Shown here piece after piece: positions 48,512 through 61,632 of a stretch of 64,000 bases of DNA. The number at the start of each line of letters is the position of its first letter. Position 1 is the first letter of the stretch. The notes below the pieces were generated by a model that was not told where the DNA came from, made no database searches, and was given only the letters and a program-made list of their open reading frames with translations. The position numbers and the translations under genes were made by a program. The stretch is from Octopus sinensis (lineage: Eukaryota). The stretch is from NCBI RefSeq assembly GCF_006345805.1, contig NC_043000.1:21204001-21268000 (forward strand), written 5' to 3'.

Positions 48512-49089
48512 CTGCTGGTGGTACTGGTGCTGGTGCTGGTGGTGATAGTAGTAGAAGTAGTAGTGAGATATAAGTTCCATCAACTCTGGGATCTTGAACA
48601 ATCGTCCCCCACCGCTTATTAATTTTCAAGATTTTTTCCACCACCCCTGTTTTTAACCACCCCCACCCGCTTATTAATTTTTCATATTTTTTCCACACAC
48701 ACACACACACCGCTTTTATCCCCCCCCCCCTCCCGCTTATTAATCAACATTAAACAGGTAACACTCTTCCAATATCCAGATGGCTCCCAGTCCTCCATGT
48801 CAGCTAACTTTTTCTCAACTGCAACACACACTTTCATTCCAACCCTCCCCACGCTTATTATATTTTGCTAATCTTTCACCTGTGAAATTCTGTTGTAAGC
48901 TATTCATATTAATACAACAGCTGGAGACTCTAATAACTTTATTTTACGTTAAAAACATATGTATATGATAAAATAAAGAACATTACAAGTAATGCATTGT
49001 TATATAATAAATAGGATATGTAAACTAAACTAATCCTGGTTTTTAAAAAAAATCAATGGTGACAGCCTAGAAAATTTTAAATAATAATT

Positions 49090-49275
49090 TCTCATTTAGG
49101 CACAAGGCCAACAATTTGTGGCGAGAGACAACTGGATTAATGAGGCCCAGTACATTACTGGTGCTTTATTCTATCGACCCCGTAGGGATGAAAGGTAAAA
49201 CTAACTTCAGCAGGATCGAACTCAGAACGTAATGAGCTATAACTCTATGCTGCAAGGCACGTTGCCCGATGTTTA
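49090..49275 (-). mobile_element. SINE family C, diverged
   Basis: AGGCACAAGGCC..ATCGACCCCGTAGGGATGAAAGG. Confidence 0.7.
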
Positions 49276-49344
49276 GGCACGAAGCGAGCAATTTAAAGGG
49301 AAGAGGAAAGTCGATTAAACTCACTCTCGTTAGTCGTACAAACG

Positions 49345-49726
49345 AGACGCAATGGCCCAGTGGTTAGGGCAGCGGATTCGCGGTCATAGGATCGCGGTTT
49401 CGATTCCCAGGCCGGGCGTTGTGAGTGTTTATTGAGCGAAAACACCTAAAAAAGCTCCACGAGGCTCCGGCAGGGGATGGTGGTGATCCCTGCTGTACTC
49501 TTTCACCACAACTTTCTCTTACTTCCCGTTTCTGTTGTACCTGTATTTCAAAGGGCCGGCCTTGTCACTCTCTGTGTCACGCTGAATATCCCCGAGAACT
49601 ACGTTAAGGGTGCACGTGTCTGTGGAGTGCTCAGCCACTTACACGTTAATTTCATGAGCAGGCTGTTCCGTTGATTCGGATCAACCGGAACCCTCATCGT
49701 CGTAACTGACGGAGTGCTTCCATCCC
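49345..49726 (+). mobile_element. SINE family B variant with an alternative 3' tail
   Basis: The first ~170 bp match family B, followed by an unrelated tail; probable TSD AGT(C/A)GTACAAA at 49332 and 49727. Confidence 0.8.
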
Positions 49727-49888
49727 AGTAGTACAAAACAACAAACTGGGGAATTCATTATTATTTTGACTTATACAAATTGTGAATCAGCATGACAAAA
49801 AAAAACAGACGACAGGAATTGGAAGAAAACCTGGAGTGTTCTATTTGTTTTCATAACGCATAGAAGAAAAATATTTATCCACAGTACA

Positions 49889-50059
49889 GGCGCAGGAGTT
49901 GCTGTGTGGTAAGTAGCTTGCTAACCAACCACATGGTTCCGGGTTCAGTCCCACTGCGTGGCATCTTGGGCAAGTGTCTTCTGATATAGCCCCGGGCCGA
50001 CCAATGCCTTGTGAGTGGATTTGGTAGACGGAAACTGAAAGAAGCCTGTCGTATATATG

Positions 50060-50093
<34 letters not shown>

Positions 50094-50347
50094 GTGTGTG
50101 TGTTGTGTGTGTGTGTGGTGTGTGTGTGTGTGTTTGTGGGTCTGTGTTTGTCCCCTAGCATTGATTGACAACCGATGCTGTGTGTGTTTACGTCCCCGTC
50201 ACTTAGCGGTTCGGCAATAGAGACCGATAGAATAAGTACTGGGCTTACAAAGAATAAGTCCGGGGTCGATTTGCTCGACTAAAAAAAAGGCGGTGTCCAG
50301 CATGGCCGCAGTCAAATGACTGAAACAAGTAAAAGAGTAAAAGAGTA
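49889..50347 (+). mobile_element. SINE family A, full length
   Basis: All domains present; a further 5' half lies at 50834-51000. Confidence 0.9.
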
Positions 50348-50576
50348 TATGCAGCCAACGTTCATACAGGTGAGCCTTCAACGTTTCAGGGCATTGATAA
50401 CCTTCAACCCTAAGAAAACCAATCATTTCGAGACGAGATACTCCTAAGCATTTCGCCGGCGTGCTAACGCTCCTGCCAGCTCACCACCTTTCAAGCTTCT
50501 TATCACACAGCCACTCCCACGCCATTAAATATAAAAAAAAATAACAGGTACGTGCGTGCGTGCGTGCGTGCGCGTA

Positions 50577-50608
<32 letters not shown>

Positions 50609-51040
50609 TGTGTGCGTGTGAGCGTGTGTGTGTCGTAGAAGTTAATTCGGAAAGTGGTCTGCCCGGGTATGCATTGCATTTTGTGTACAAACAAGACATC
50701 CACAATTCCGCACGATTAAATGTAATGCGTCATTCATTGTCCCTTCTGCTTAGTAACGATAGTTACATATAAAAACGCCCAGTTTTTATATGTTATGATT
50801 CATAATGTGTGTATGTGTGTGTATATGTGTGTAGGTGCAGGAGTGGCTGTGTGGTAAGAGGCTTGCTTTCCCAACCACATGGTTTCGGCTTCAAGTCTCA
50901 CTGCGTGGCACCTTGGGTAAGTGTCTTGTACTGGAGCTTCGGGTTGACCAAACCCTTGTGACTGGATTTCGTAGACGGAAACTGAAAGAAGCCCGTCGTA
51001 TATATATATGTATGTGTGAATGTATGTGTGTGTGTGTGTG

Positions 51041-51071
<31 letters not shown>

Positions 51072-51323
51072 CGTGGATATGGGCGTGTGTGGTAGACTTT
51101 AATTCGTAAAGTGGTCTACCCTGTTCTGCATTGTATTTTGAGTACAAAACAAACAAGGTTACACAATTCCGACTGATTATTTCTAATGAACCATTCATTT
51201 TCCTTTCCGTTTAGTACGGCTAGTTACATATAACAACGCCCGGTTAATAACATGCTTCATAACGTTTTTAATATACCATTAATCTCTCTCCCTCCCTCTC
51301 TCTTTCTCCTTCTCTCTCTCGCT

Positions 51324-51356
<33 letters not shown>

Positions 51357-51579
51357 CTGTGCTCTCTAAACGTTCTGATTGAATCTTGAATGTGTTAACA
51401 TGTACCTCCTTGCGACAATATAAACTTTCATTTAATCAAGATATCCTTGGCTTCGCTTCGATATTTACCACTTCCAAATCTCTAATCGCTATGATACATA
51501 TATAGCCCGGATCTTATCTACTCCATTCCTTAACTCTTGTATATATATATATATATATAGTTATATATCTATATATATA

Positions 51580-51611
<32 letters not shown>

Positions 51612-51698
51612 TATAGATATATATATATATATATAATAATATATATATATATAGATATATATATACATATTATATATATATATATATACATATATATA

Positions 51699-51739
<41 letters not shown>

Positions 51740-52000
51740 GATATATAGATATATATATACTTACACACACGTCAAAATTACATGCCTTACATACAACTAC
51801 GCACACTGGACACACACACACTACCACTCAACACAGACATGGCACGTTACAATACGCCCCCACCCTTTCCCTCCTCCCTTCTTCCCTCCTTCCTCCTTTT
51901 TTTTTTTTTTACTACTGACCATTCACTCGAGACTTGCTATGTCAACTACTGTTCGCCCTACCTTACACACTTACATACTGACGCACGCACTAACATATAC

Positions 52001-52225
52001 ATTTCTTTACTACCCACAAGGGGCTAAACACAGAGGGGACAAACAAGGACAGACAAAGCGATTAAGTCGATTACATCGACCACAGTGCGTAACTGGTACT
52101 TAATTTATCGACCCCGAAAGGATGAAAGGCAAAGTCGACCTCGGCGGAATTTGAACTCAGAACGTAACGGTAGACGAAATACGGCTTCGCATTTCGCCCG
52201 GCGTGCTACCGTTTCTGCCAGCTCG
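52001..52225 (-). mobile_element. SINE family C monomer with tail1
   Basis: Equivalent to the first monomer of the dimeric copies. Confidence 0.85.
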
Positions 52226-52459
52226 ATACATATATCTTTTGTTTTTTTATCTCGCTGCAACACAAATGCACACACACACACATTACAGAAACATAATTTT
52301 TGTTACCAACCTCTGTCTCCACTCTTTGGCTTAAAAACCTACTTTGGCCTTGGTTTCAAAAACTTCCGGTCATTTCAGATGTGTACTCGTAAACACCAGT
52401 CGCGTTTTTTTCCTTCTTTTCGCCCACATCGGACCTTTCTTCTTTCTTCCTTCTCTTAT

Positions 52460-52494
52460 GTTTCCGACGAAGAGCTCCACTCGAAACGTCATAC
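52460..52494 (+). ncRNA. Hammerhead-like motif, family P1, third copy
   Basis: GTTT-CCGACGA-A-GAG(CTCCA)CTC-GAAAC-GTC-ATAC. Confidence 0.4.
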
Positions 52495-52587
52495 CTTCCT
52501 TCTTCCATTTTCCTGAGCGCGCCTAATAATTATAATACTGTAATGTTCCACGTGTTGTGTTTTTTCTGTTTTCCCGTTTGGATTAAC

Positions 52588-52623
<36 letters not shown>

Positions 52624-52671
52624 TATATATAAAACACACACACTCACCACACAAACATACATGTATGGGAC

Positions 52672-53567
52672 AATGCAAATAACATGAAATGCGTAAACAA
52701 ACGAGGAAAACGGTTGAAATACGTGAACGAGAAAAAAATGGAAAACAGGACAAGTTAACAAAGAAAAAGGTCCCTTCATCAGTTGTCAGCTGTCTAGCTA
52801 CTCCTCATTTTGACCTTTCAATGATAATATGAGTCTTCAAAAGGTGTTACTCCTAAAATTCTAATAAATTCTAATTCTAAAATAAAATTTAGGATTTATG
52901 GAGGGTCAAAGTTGGGAACAAAAAATGACAGTGGAGACATACAAGGAAACGGAACGAAAACAAACATGGAGGGTCGTAAGACCAGAACGAGGGGGAAATA
53001 GTGAACACTGGGAGGAAACGATAGAAGAGAGAGAGAAGAACACGTCCGTTCATTTAAACGTCGGTGCAGGAAAAGAAAGATGGTCACGTGAGGAAAAGAA
53101 AGATGGACGATGATCACGTGTGAGAAACAAGAGAGAGAGAGAAAGAAGAGAAAGAGGAGGAGAGAGAGACAGATGGAAAACGGTGAAGGAGGGATGGGGC
53201 GAAAAGGGGAATTAGAGAAGGATGGAGGAAGAAAACTGTATAGAGTAGAGAGTCGCATCAAAAAGGTGAAGATAAAATACTTCTGTACCACCGAATAATC
53301 ACAAATCTATTACAGACAAGATAGGAAAAATATCAGTGAACAATAATAATGTCTTACCTCAAATGGGTCAGAACAAGTAAATGCTGGTCAACTTGGTACC
53401 GGTTTCGAAATTTAGCACCAAATAGGCGCGGGATTTCTCATCAGCCAAAGTCCGCCAGCTAAATAACTACTAACATTCCCCCCATATATATATTATCTAT
53501 ATATATATATATAACAGTAAATAGATGGCACAACGAAGTACCGATATTTACTGGAAAATAGCGAACG

Positions 53568-53604
<37 letters not shown>

Positions 53605-53841
53605 GGGTACAGGTCGTCACCAGCGGTGCAAATAAATGAAATACGTAAACAAACGAGGGGAAAAACGAGTGAAATTCGTGAACGAGAAATAAATGGAAAT
53701 CAGGGCAAGTTAACACAGAAAAGGGATCCTTCATCAGATGTCGGTTGCCTGTCTACTCCTCATTTCAAGCATTCAACGACAATATGAGTCTTCAAAAACA
53801 GTTGCTAACATAAATTCTAGAATAAAATTTAGGATTTATGG
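52672..53841 (+). repeat. Two diverged direct copies (52672-52901, 53624-53841) of a ~225-bp dispersed element
   Basis: Shared CGTAAACAAACGAGG..CCTTCATCAG..GAGTCTTCAAAA..AATAAAATTTAGGATTTATGGA. Confidence 0.8.
53391..53451 (-). ncRNA. Canonical type I hammerhead ribozyme motif
   Basis: ACTTTGG-CTGATGA-GAAAT(CCC GCGCC TATTT GGTGC TAA)ATTTC-GAAA-CCGG-TA-CCAAGT; all core positions canonical, G10.1-C11.1; predicted cleavage between 53397 and 53396. Confidence 0.75.
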
Positions 53842-54273
53842 AATATATATATATATAGTAGAATAATAAAAAGAAACTTCTTGGTACAGTATAATATATT
53901 TGAAAAAATGGGTAGAGATGCCTTTTTGGAGAGTAATTTATATTTTAAGAAGAAGGAGGAGGAAGAAGGAAGGAAGAAGTCGAAAAAGAAGCAGTTCTCA
54001 CAGGTGGCATGGTGTACATATACACATACATATATACATACACATACATACACATATATATATACACACACAAACATATATATACACACACACACATATT
54101 GCATATACACACATACATATACATACACACACACATATATGTACATATATAAATAAATGTATATATATATATGTATATATATGTATAATAACAAAGGGTA
54201 AAATTAATTAATTAAGAAGTAATCAATAATTTCACCAAGTAGAAAAAGAACCATTTCACGGTAAACTTAAGTA

Positions 54274-54435
54274 ATACTTTATAATTAGGGTTCAACAAAG
54301 ATTTACTTTACCACATACCGAAGTTTAGAAATAGCAGCAAAAAAAAACAAGAAATAGCTAAGGTTTTTTGGCTGCTATTTCTAAACTTCGGTATGTGGTA
54401 AAGCAAATCTTTGCTGAACCCTAATTATAAAGTAT
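54274..54435. repeat. Fold-back palindrome (about 71-bp arms)
   Basis: ATACTTTATAATTAGGGTTC..GCAGC / GCTGC..GAACCCTAATTATAAAGTAT. Confidence 0.9.
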
Positions 54436-54570
54436 GTATATATATACATATATGAATACATATATATATATTCATGCACACACATACATCTGTATACATG
54501 CACACATACATACATATATATACCATAATATATATATATATTTATATATATATAACACGCACACACAATT

Positions 54571-54635
<65 letters not shown>

Positions 54636-54710
54636 CATATATACATATATACATACGTATATGTAAATACTTGCATCTATACGTATACACACACACACTC
54701 ATATATATAT

Positions 54711-54756
<46 letters not shown>

Positions 54757-55332
54757 TATGTGAGCACTGGACGTGATTTAACGTGTACAACAAAAAATAC
54801 TAAGTACGAGTACATGGAATATGAACTATTTTTTCGAACAACGAAAGACACAAAAGGAAATAACATAAATAACAAAAGACAAATAACATAAAGAATGACC
54901 CTTCATCAGTTGTTGGCTGTTTTTCTACGCTCGTGTTTCGAGCATTTAATAACAAATATTGGTAACACAAATAGGACAGTGAAAACAAACAGGAAGAGCT
55001 GCTAAGCCTAAACGAGGTTGTGGCGGCGAACGCGTAAATCAAGCTTGGACAGGAGACAGACAAGAACACGTCATCCTTGTTCCAGCTACGACGGAGAGAG
55101 AGAAATACAATTTTGGAAAAGAAAGAAAGATATTTGTTATTATATATTTCGGCTGATTAATCTTGAGATTGCTCCAATCTGGCCAGCCCCAAGGAAAAAC
55201 TAAGCTAAGCGCATTAGATTCCTTGGAAAAAAGCTTCGAGTGTATACGAAACAAAGACGGAAAAACGAATATGAATACAAAAATAATATGAAAAAACAAT
55301 AATACTAATAATAATAATAATGATAATATTAT

Positions 55333-55789
55333 GATATGACTGTCCCAATCGATATAAACGTATCTGTCAAGACCTACCAAAAACTGAGCAAATATAAAGA
55401 TCTTGAAATAGAAATCAGCAAAATGTGGAACCTGAAGACTAAAACAATACCTGTTGTCATAGGTGCCCTGGGAATGATAGCGAAAGGGGCTGATTGCTAC
55501 CTAACTCAGATACCAGGAAACCCCAAAATGGCAGAAATTCAAAAGATAGTGCTCATGGGAACTGCTCATATCCTACGCAAAATACTCTCTATGTAATCCC
55601 AAGGTTTAAAACAAACTTTTTTTTTCTAATTTATTTATTAGACATTCACTAGTACTACACCAAAAGAAAAACCAAATATATGGCACACTAGGCATAACAA
55701 CAACGTGAACTTCCAACCTGTTGTCTCTTGAGGTCTCTGGGTGAGATTTGGAGCCAACTTGTACAGACATAAAGCAAAAGTCAAACGTA

Positions 55790-55826
<37 letters not shown>
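55333..55826 (+). mobile_element. 5'-truncated R4/Dong-like LINE (restriction-like endonuclease C-terminus) in (TAA)n
   Basis: DMTVPIDIN..KLSKYKDLEIEISKMW..IPVVIGALG..QKIVLMGTAHILRKIL; (AAT)n at 55298-55330 and 55791-55826. Confidence 0.85.
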
Positions 55827-55827
<1 letters not shown>

Positions 55828-56195
55828 TAATACTAAAACAACAACAATAACAGGACATCACAACAGGCGTCTTTCGACTTAGGCGAATTGAACTCAGCTG
55901 GCGTGTTGGGAATGCGCCTTGGGGCAGAGAAAAAAATGTTGATGTTACCACGACCGCTGCCAGATCCAAAAGGCCAGTAGTCGGCCAGTCGGTTACACAT
56001 ACATATATGTACATACATCTATACGTATTCATATATACATATGTGGGCACAGGATGTCATGAAACATTTACAACAAAAAATACGAAGGACGTGTACATAG
56101 ACTATGAAGTTTTTTCCTAACAACGAAAGACACAAATAAAAAGCATGACAAACAACATGGCTATTTTTCTACTTTTGTATTTCGAGCATTTAACA

Positions 56196-56234
<39 letters not shown>

Positions 56235-56585
56235 TTTACCAAACCACCCGTGAGAACAGAATAGGTACGATACAGATTTCCTTTTGACAAGTGACAACAA
56301 TATCGACCACTACTTCACCTTCTTTCTTTCTTTCTTTCTTCTTTTTCTTCTTCTTCTACGCACATGTTTTTGTATATTTGTTTTTTTACATATTTCCCCC
56401 TTTTTGTGTGTATACGGTTTTTGTCAAAGTCTTTTGCTATTTAACCAACCTAATAAATATACATTTTTAATTTTGAAAAAGCCCATTTGATGCTTGACAC
56501 TCATCCCACCGTCCACCACTATAAACATTATTATTAATATAAGAATTATCCCCCAAAAGCCATCTCTACTCATTTTTCAAACATA

Positions 56586-56812
56586 TACTCTTTACTCTTT
56601 TACTAGTTTCAGTCATTTGAGTGTTGCCATGCTGGAGCACCGCCTTTAGTCGAGCAAATCGACCCCAGGACTTCTTCTGTGGAAGCCTAGTACTTATTCT
56701 ATCGGTCTTTTTTTGCCAAACAGCTAGGTTACGCTGACGAAAACACACCAGCATCGGTTGTCAAGCCATGCTGGGGAGACAAATACAGACACAGAAACAA
56801 ACACACAAACAC

Positions 56813-56851
<39 letters not shown>

Positions 56852-57114
56852 AGCACAACAAATACTTTTGGCAGCATGAATAATAATTTTAAATAACTTA
56901 ATATTTATTCTTATTCTTTTGTTTGTTTCAGTCATTTGACTGCGGCCATGTTGGAGCACCGCCTTTGGTCAAACAAATCGACCCCAGAACTTATTACTTG
57001 TGAGCCTGGTACTTATTATATCGGTCTCTTTAGTCAAACTGCTACATTACGGAGACATAAACACACCAGCATCGGTTGTCAAGAAATGATGGGGGGACAA
57101 ACGCAGACACACAA

Positions 57115-57115
<1 letters not shown>
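56586..57115 (-). mobile_element. Two tandem SINE family A 3' halves (56586-56810, 56904-57115)
   Basis: Both have TTTCAGTCATTTGA..GCACCGCCTTT. Confidence 0.85.
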
Positions 57116-57145
<30 letters not shown>

Positions 57146-57151
57146 ACACAC

Positions 57152-57201
<50 letters not shown>

Positions 57202-57337
57202 GAAATGAGGTACTCAGAAGATCGGATGGTTTATATTTACAGATACTTATTATATATTACATTTTATATATATATCATATCACTTAGATCATTAACGCTT
57301 TCTCCCATTCTAGTGGGGTTTTCAAATCAAACTACTT

Positions 57338-57391
<54 letters not shown>

Positions 57392-57412
57392 TATATATAG
57401 CGGCGTACGTAC

Positions 57413-57498
<86 letters not shown>

Positions 57499-58102
57499 TA
57501 TATTATATTATATTATATTATATTATATATATTATATATATATATATACACTGATATTTTAAACGCATAACAAGTACAATAGAGACACTGGAAATCAAAA
57601 TCGATTTCCAACTTTTTAACTCTTTGAATACTAACTGCAATACTTTGACATCATTCAACCAAAGCGAAAGTTCTGTGTGTGATCGTCAAAACTTCTACAA
57701 ATACCATTTAAATTTTATTCAGACTTTGCTCTACTTTACTAAATAAATATGGGAGTGACACATTGGTAGATTTGGTCCGAGGATATGGCATGCGCGAAGA
57801 AAAGACAGAATGGTCACCTTTTACCATTGGTCTCTTCGATCAGGGCTGAGCCAGAGATAAACAACACAAACATCTAGTACTTATTTGATCGGCATCTTTC
57901 CCAGTGTAAAAGATAAAATAAACCACAATGTGATGTGAACGTAAATATTAGCCAATCCGGTACCTTATCGTTTCTCCCTTCAGTAGTAACGTATTAAAGG
58001 AATGTTAACTTTGAGATATCACTTCACTACACTCTGTGTGCCAGTGTGTGCGTGTGTGTGTGTGTGTATGTATGCATGTGTGTGTGTTTGATGCAATGTA
58101 GT

Positions 58103-58402
58103 TTCTTTTTTTCTTTTCCGCCCTTTTCAAGCCTAGCTAGGCTCATTGGCCCGGTTTCTCGGTTTCTATGGTGTATGTCTTCCCCCCAGCTGGACGGGAC
58201 GCCAGTCCATTGCAGCGTTACTGAAGAAACAGGAAGAAAGAGAGAGAAAGTTGGGACGAAATAGTACAACAGGGGTCGCCACCACCCCCTGCCGAATCCT
58301 CGTGGAGCTTTAAGTGTTTTCACTCAATAAACACACACAACGCCCGGTCTGGGAATCGAAACCGGGATCCTCCGACCGCGAGTCCGCTGCCCTAACTACT
58401 GG
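58103..58402 (-). mobile_element. SINE family B
   Basis: 10-bp TSD GCAATGTAGT at 58093-58102 and 58403-58412. Confidence 0.9.
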
Positions 58403-58507
58403 GCAATGTAGTACATATATGTAATACAGAGCAGCGTACGGTGTGCGTTTTTGTCACTATTGTCTATATGCATGTGTGTTTTCGTATGTATGTATGTGTG
58501 TATGTTT

Positions 58508-58553
<46 letters not shown>

Positions 58554-59083
58554 TGTGTGTGTGTGATCTTTGTGGTTATCGTCACGGCCTTCAATTTTGT
58601 TTTAATTGTTTTCAAATTTGGTATATAGGTTAAGTTTTGTATACTAATTATGAAAATGAAATTAAAAAGTTATTAGCCTTTAAAATTTGCAAAATTTGGG
58701 TATTTCAGCCAATCACCAGCGAGTATTTTATACATCACCGTGAAGTTCTGTTAGCATAGTAAGCAAAGAAGCTCCATGTGTTCCATAGCTGATTGCGAAG
58801 AACACTGTTTCCATAGTAACCAAAGGAGTGTAAACAAGGTCTGCATACGACCCTCAGTTCTCCTAGGAACCACTATCTTCAATGACCTGTGGCGGGCTTC
58901 TAATCATATCCCAAAAACTGTGGACTATGATTTCAAACAAAAAACTATGAGCCATAGCATTGAATTTATAAGCTCAAAAGGTGGGACTCACACTCAACAA
59001 ATTGAGAGTACCTAGGCATCCATGGTTGACTCGTATTTTTTGTGAATTTATGTGAATTTAGCCCCAACTGTTCTAAGCTAACG

Positions 59084-59430
59084 TTTTGACTTTTATATCT
59101 AGCAACTCCTGTTGGTTTGTTCGTAGCTTTTCAATATTTGATTTGCTGCGAATCTTTTAATGTTTTTCACTGTTTTCACTGTTTATTTTTCTCGTGTCTA
59201 TTTTAATGTTTTGACTGTTATTTCTAGCAACTTCTGTTGGTTTGCTCGTAGCTTTTAAATATTTAATTTGCTTGCGAATCTTTTAATACTTTTCACTATT
59301 TTCACTGTTTACATTTCTCGTGTACATTTTAATGCTTTGACTGTCATTTCTAGCAACTTCTGTTGGTTTGCTCGTAGCTTTTAAGTATTTAATTTGCTCG
59401 CGAATCTTTTTAATGTTTTTAACTATTTAT
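59084..59430 (+). repeat. Tandem repeat, about 125-bp unit x2.7
   Basis: Unit core TCTAGCAACT(C/T)CTGTTGGTTTG(T/C)TCGTAGCTTTT; units start at 59084, 59209 and 59335. Confidence 0.9.
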
Positions 59431-60420
59431 TGTAACTAGTTTAGTTTTGACATATTGGTCCCCCCCCCCCCACCACCACCACCACCACTTTCTTGCAACT
59501 ATGACAGATGATGGAAGAGGTAGCGAACGTGCTGATTGGCTCAACATTCTGAAAATTATCAATATTTGAACACCTGTAACATTTTCGCAAAATTTTTCTG
59601 GAATAAATGAATAACAAATTCGGTTGCAGCGTCAAAAATTACATCTATATGATGCAGACGATAACCACAGTGAACCTATGTATGTGTTTGTGTGTACGTG
59701 TGTGTGCGTTTGTGCATGTGTGAGTGTGACAAAGTGTTGTACATATATGTGTACAATAAAACACAGCGTGTTTGTCGTGTCTGTATGCATAAGCTTGTGG
59801 TGTATGTCTATATGTATGTATGTATGTATGTATGTATATATGTATGTTTATGTGTGTGTGTGAGCTGAGGCATACATGAGTGCAATGAAATGTAATATCT
59901 ATATGAAATGCAACGGAGTACAATGTAATATAAAGCAATGCTTAGAGTCGTCCCAAAATGTTTCCGTTTTAAATTAAATAAATGTTAATTTATACCTGGC
60001 AGTCCTAATTTATTCCGCTCTACCGTCATTTCCCTATTAAATGATTGATTTGTTCCTTTCATAGAATTTTAGTCCTTTCGTCTTAACACCTCTTGGCTCT
60101 GTTCACATAATCATTGCTGATGTCATCAATTCTGTTCTTCTTCAATGATCATTCAGATATCTATGCTTTTTGTTGTCTTTGCTTGTTTTAACTTGTCTTG
60201 TTTTTGAGCCGTGAGTAGTTATGATGTATAATATACATACATGCATACATATATACGTCGTACGTACGTACATACAGAAATATATGCAAACATACATACA
60301 TACATACATACATACATACATACATACATACATACATACATACATACATGCATACATACATATATACATGCACACACAAAATGCGCGTGCATACACACAC
60401 AGACATACATATGAACATAT

Positions 60421-60503
<83 letters not shown>

Positions 60504-60512
60504 CGATAGATA

Positions 60513-60913
60513 GTCGCAGGAATGGCTGTGTGGTAAGTAGCTTGCTTACCAACCACGTGGTTCCAGGTTCATTCCCACTGCATGGCACCTTGGGCAAGTG
60601 TCTTTTTCTATAGCCTCGGGCCGACCAAAGCCTTGTGAGTGGATTTGGTAGACAGAAACTGAAAGAAGCCCGACGTATATATTATGTGTCTATATGTTTG
60701 TGTATCTGTGTTTGTCCCCCCAACGTCGCTTGACAACCGATGCTGGTGTGTTTTCGTCCCCGTAACTTAGCGGTTCAGCAAAAGAGACCGATAGAATAAG
60801 TACTAGGCTTCCAAAGAATAAGTCCTGGGTTCGATTTGCTCGACTAAAGGCGGTGCTCCAGCATGGCCGTAGTCAAATGACTAAAACAAGTAAAAGAATA
60901 AAAGAGTAAAAGA
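60513..60913 (+). mobile_element. SINE family A, full length, inside (GATA)n
   Basis: (GATA)n at 60420-60512 and 60914-61005. Confidence 0.9.
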
Positions 60914-60914
60914 T

Positions 60915-61006
<92 letters not shown>

Positions 61007-61599
61007 GAATACATATATAAACATTTTAAATCTATATTTATTTATACATGTGTGTATGTATGCATGTATGTACGTATATTTATATAAACAGATATGTGTG
61101 TGTATACACGCACACAGACACATATATCTATTCTCTCTCAATGTATTTCTCGCTCTCTCTCTCACACAATATATATACATATAGATATAGGTATATGTGT
61201 GTATTTATGTATGTATATATTATGCATGTATGTATGTATGTATGTATGTATGTATGTATGTATGTATGTATGTATGTATGGTATGTATGTATGTACGTAT
61301 AGTGAGTTTTAAACTTCTAAATGTCATTTCTTCAAGTCCGATTTAAGTTTATTTCCAATTCTGTTCACTTTAATCTTTATTTGAGATACTGGAAGCGAAA
61401 TTGAACTTAAAACTTTGCAAATTTAACGGTCAGATATTTATGTTTGTTTTTGAGTAGGTATAGCTTAATTTCTATCCGGGCTCTGAAGACTGTCCCCATC
61501 CATGAGTAAAATATAAAGAATATAATGTGCATCACTGGCAGCAAATATAAAACGTTGACGAGCAACCTTTCGATTTATTCAAATTACTGTTTCTAACAT

Positions 61600-61632
<33 letters not shown>

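Noticed and set aside
42672-48826. 83-bp direct repeat flanking the Tx1 LINE as a giant TSD or LTR pair
   Set aside because: Both copies encode the start of a mariner-like transposase and are better explained as two fragments of one DNA transposon family
53358-53460. Kinase-like LADFG peptide with a strong gtaaga donor (minus strand)
   Set aside because: All three frames hit stops; the region is better explained by the hammerhead element
52770-54935. CTGATGAAGG on the minus strand at ~52780, 53733 and 54905 with an upstream GAAA
   Set aside because: No stem I hairpin for a type II fold and no downstream GAAA for type I; at most a degenerate remnant
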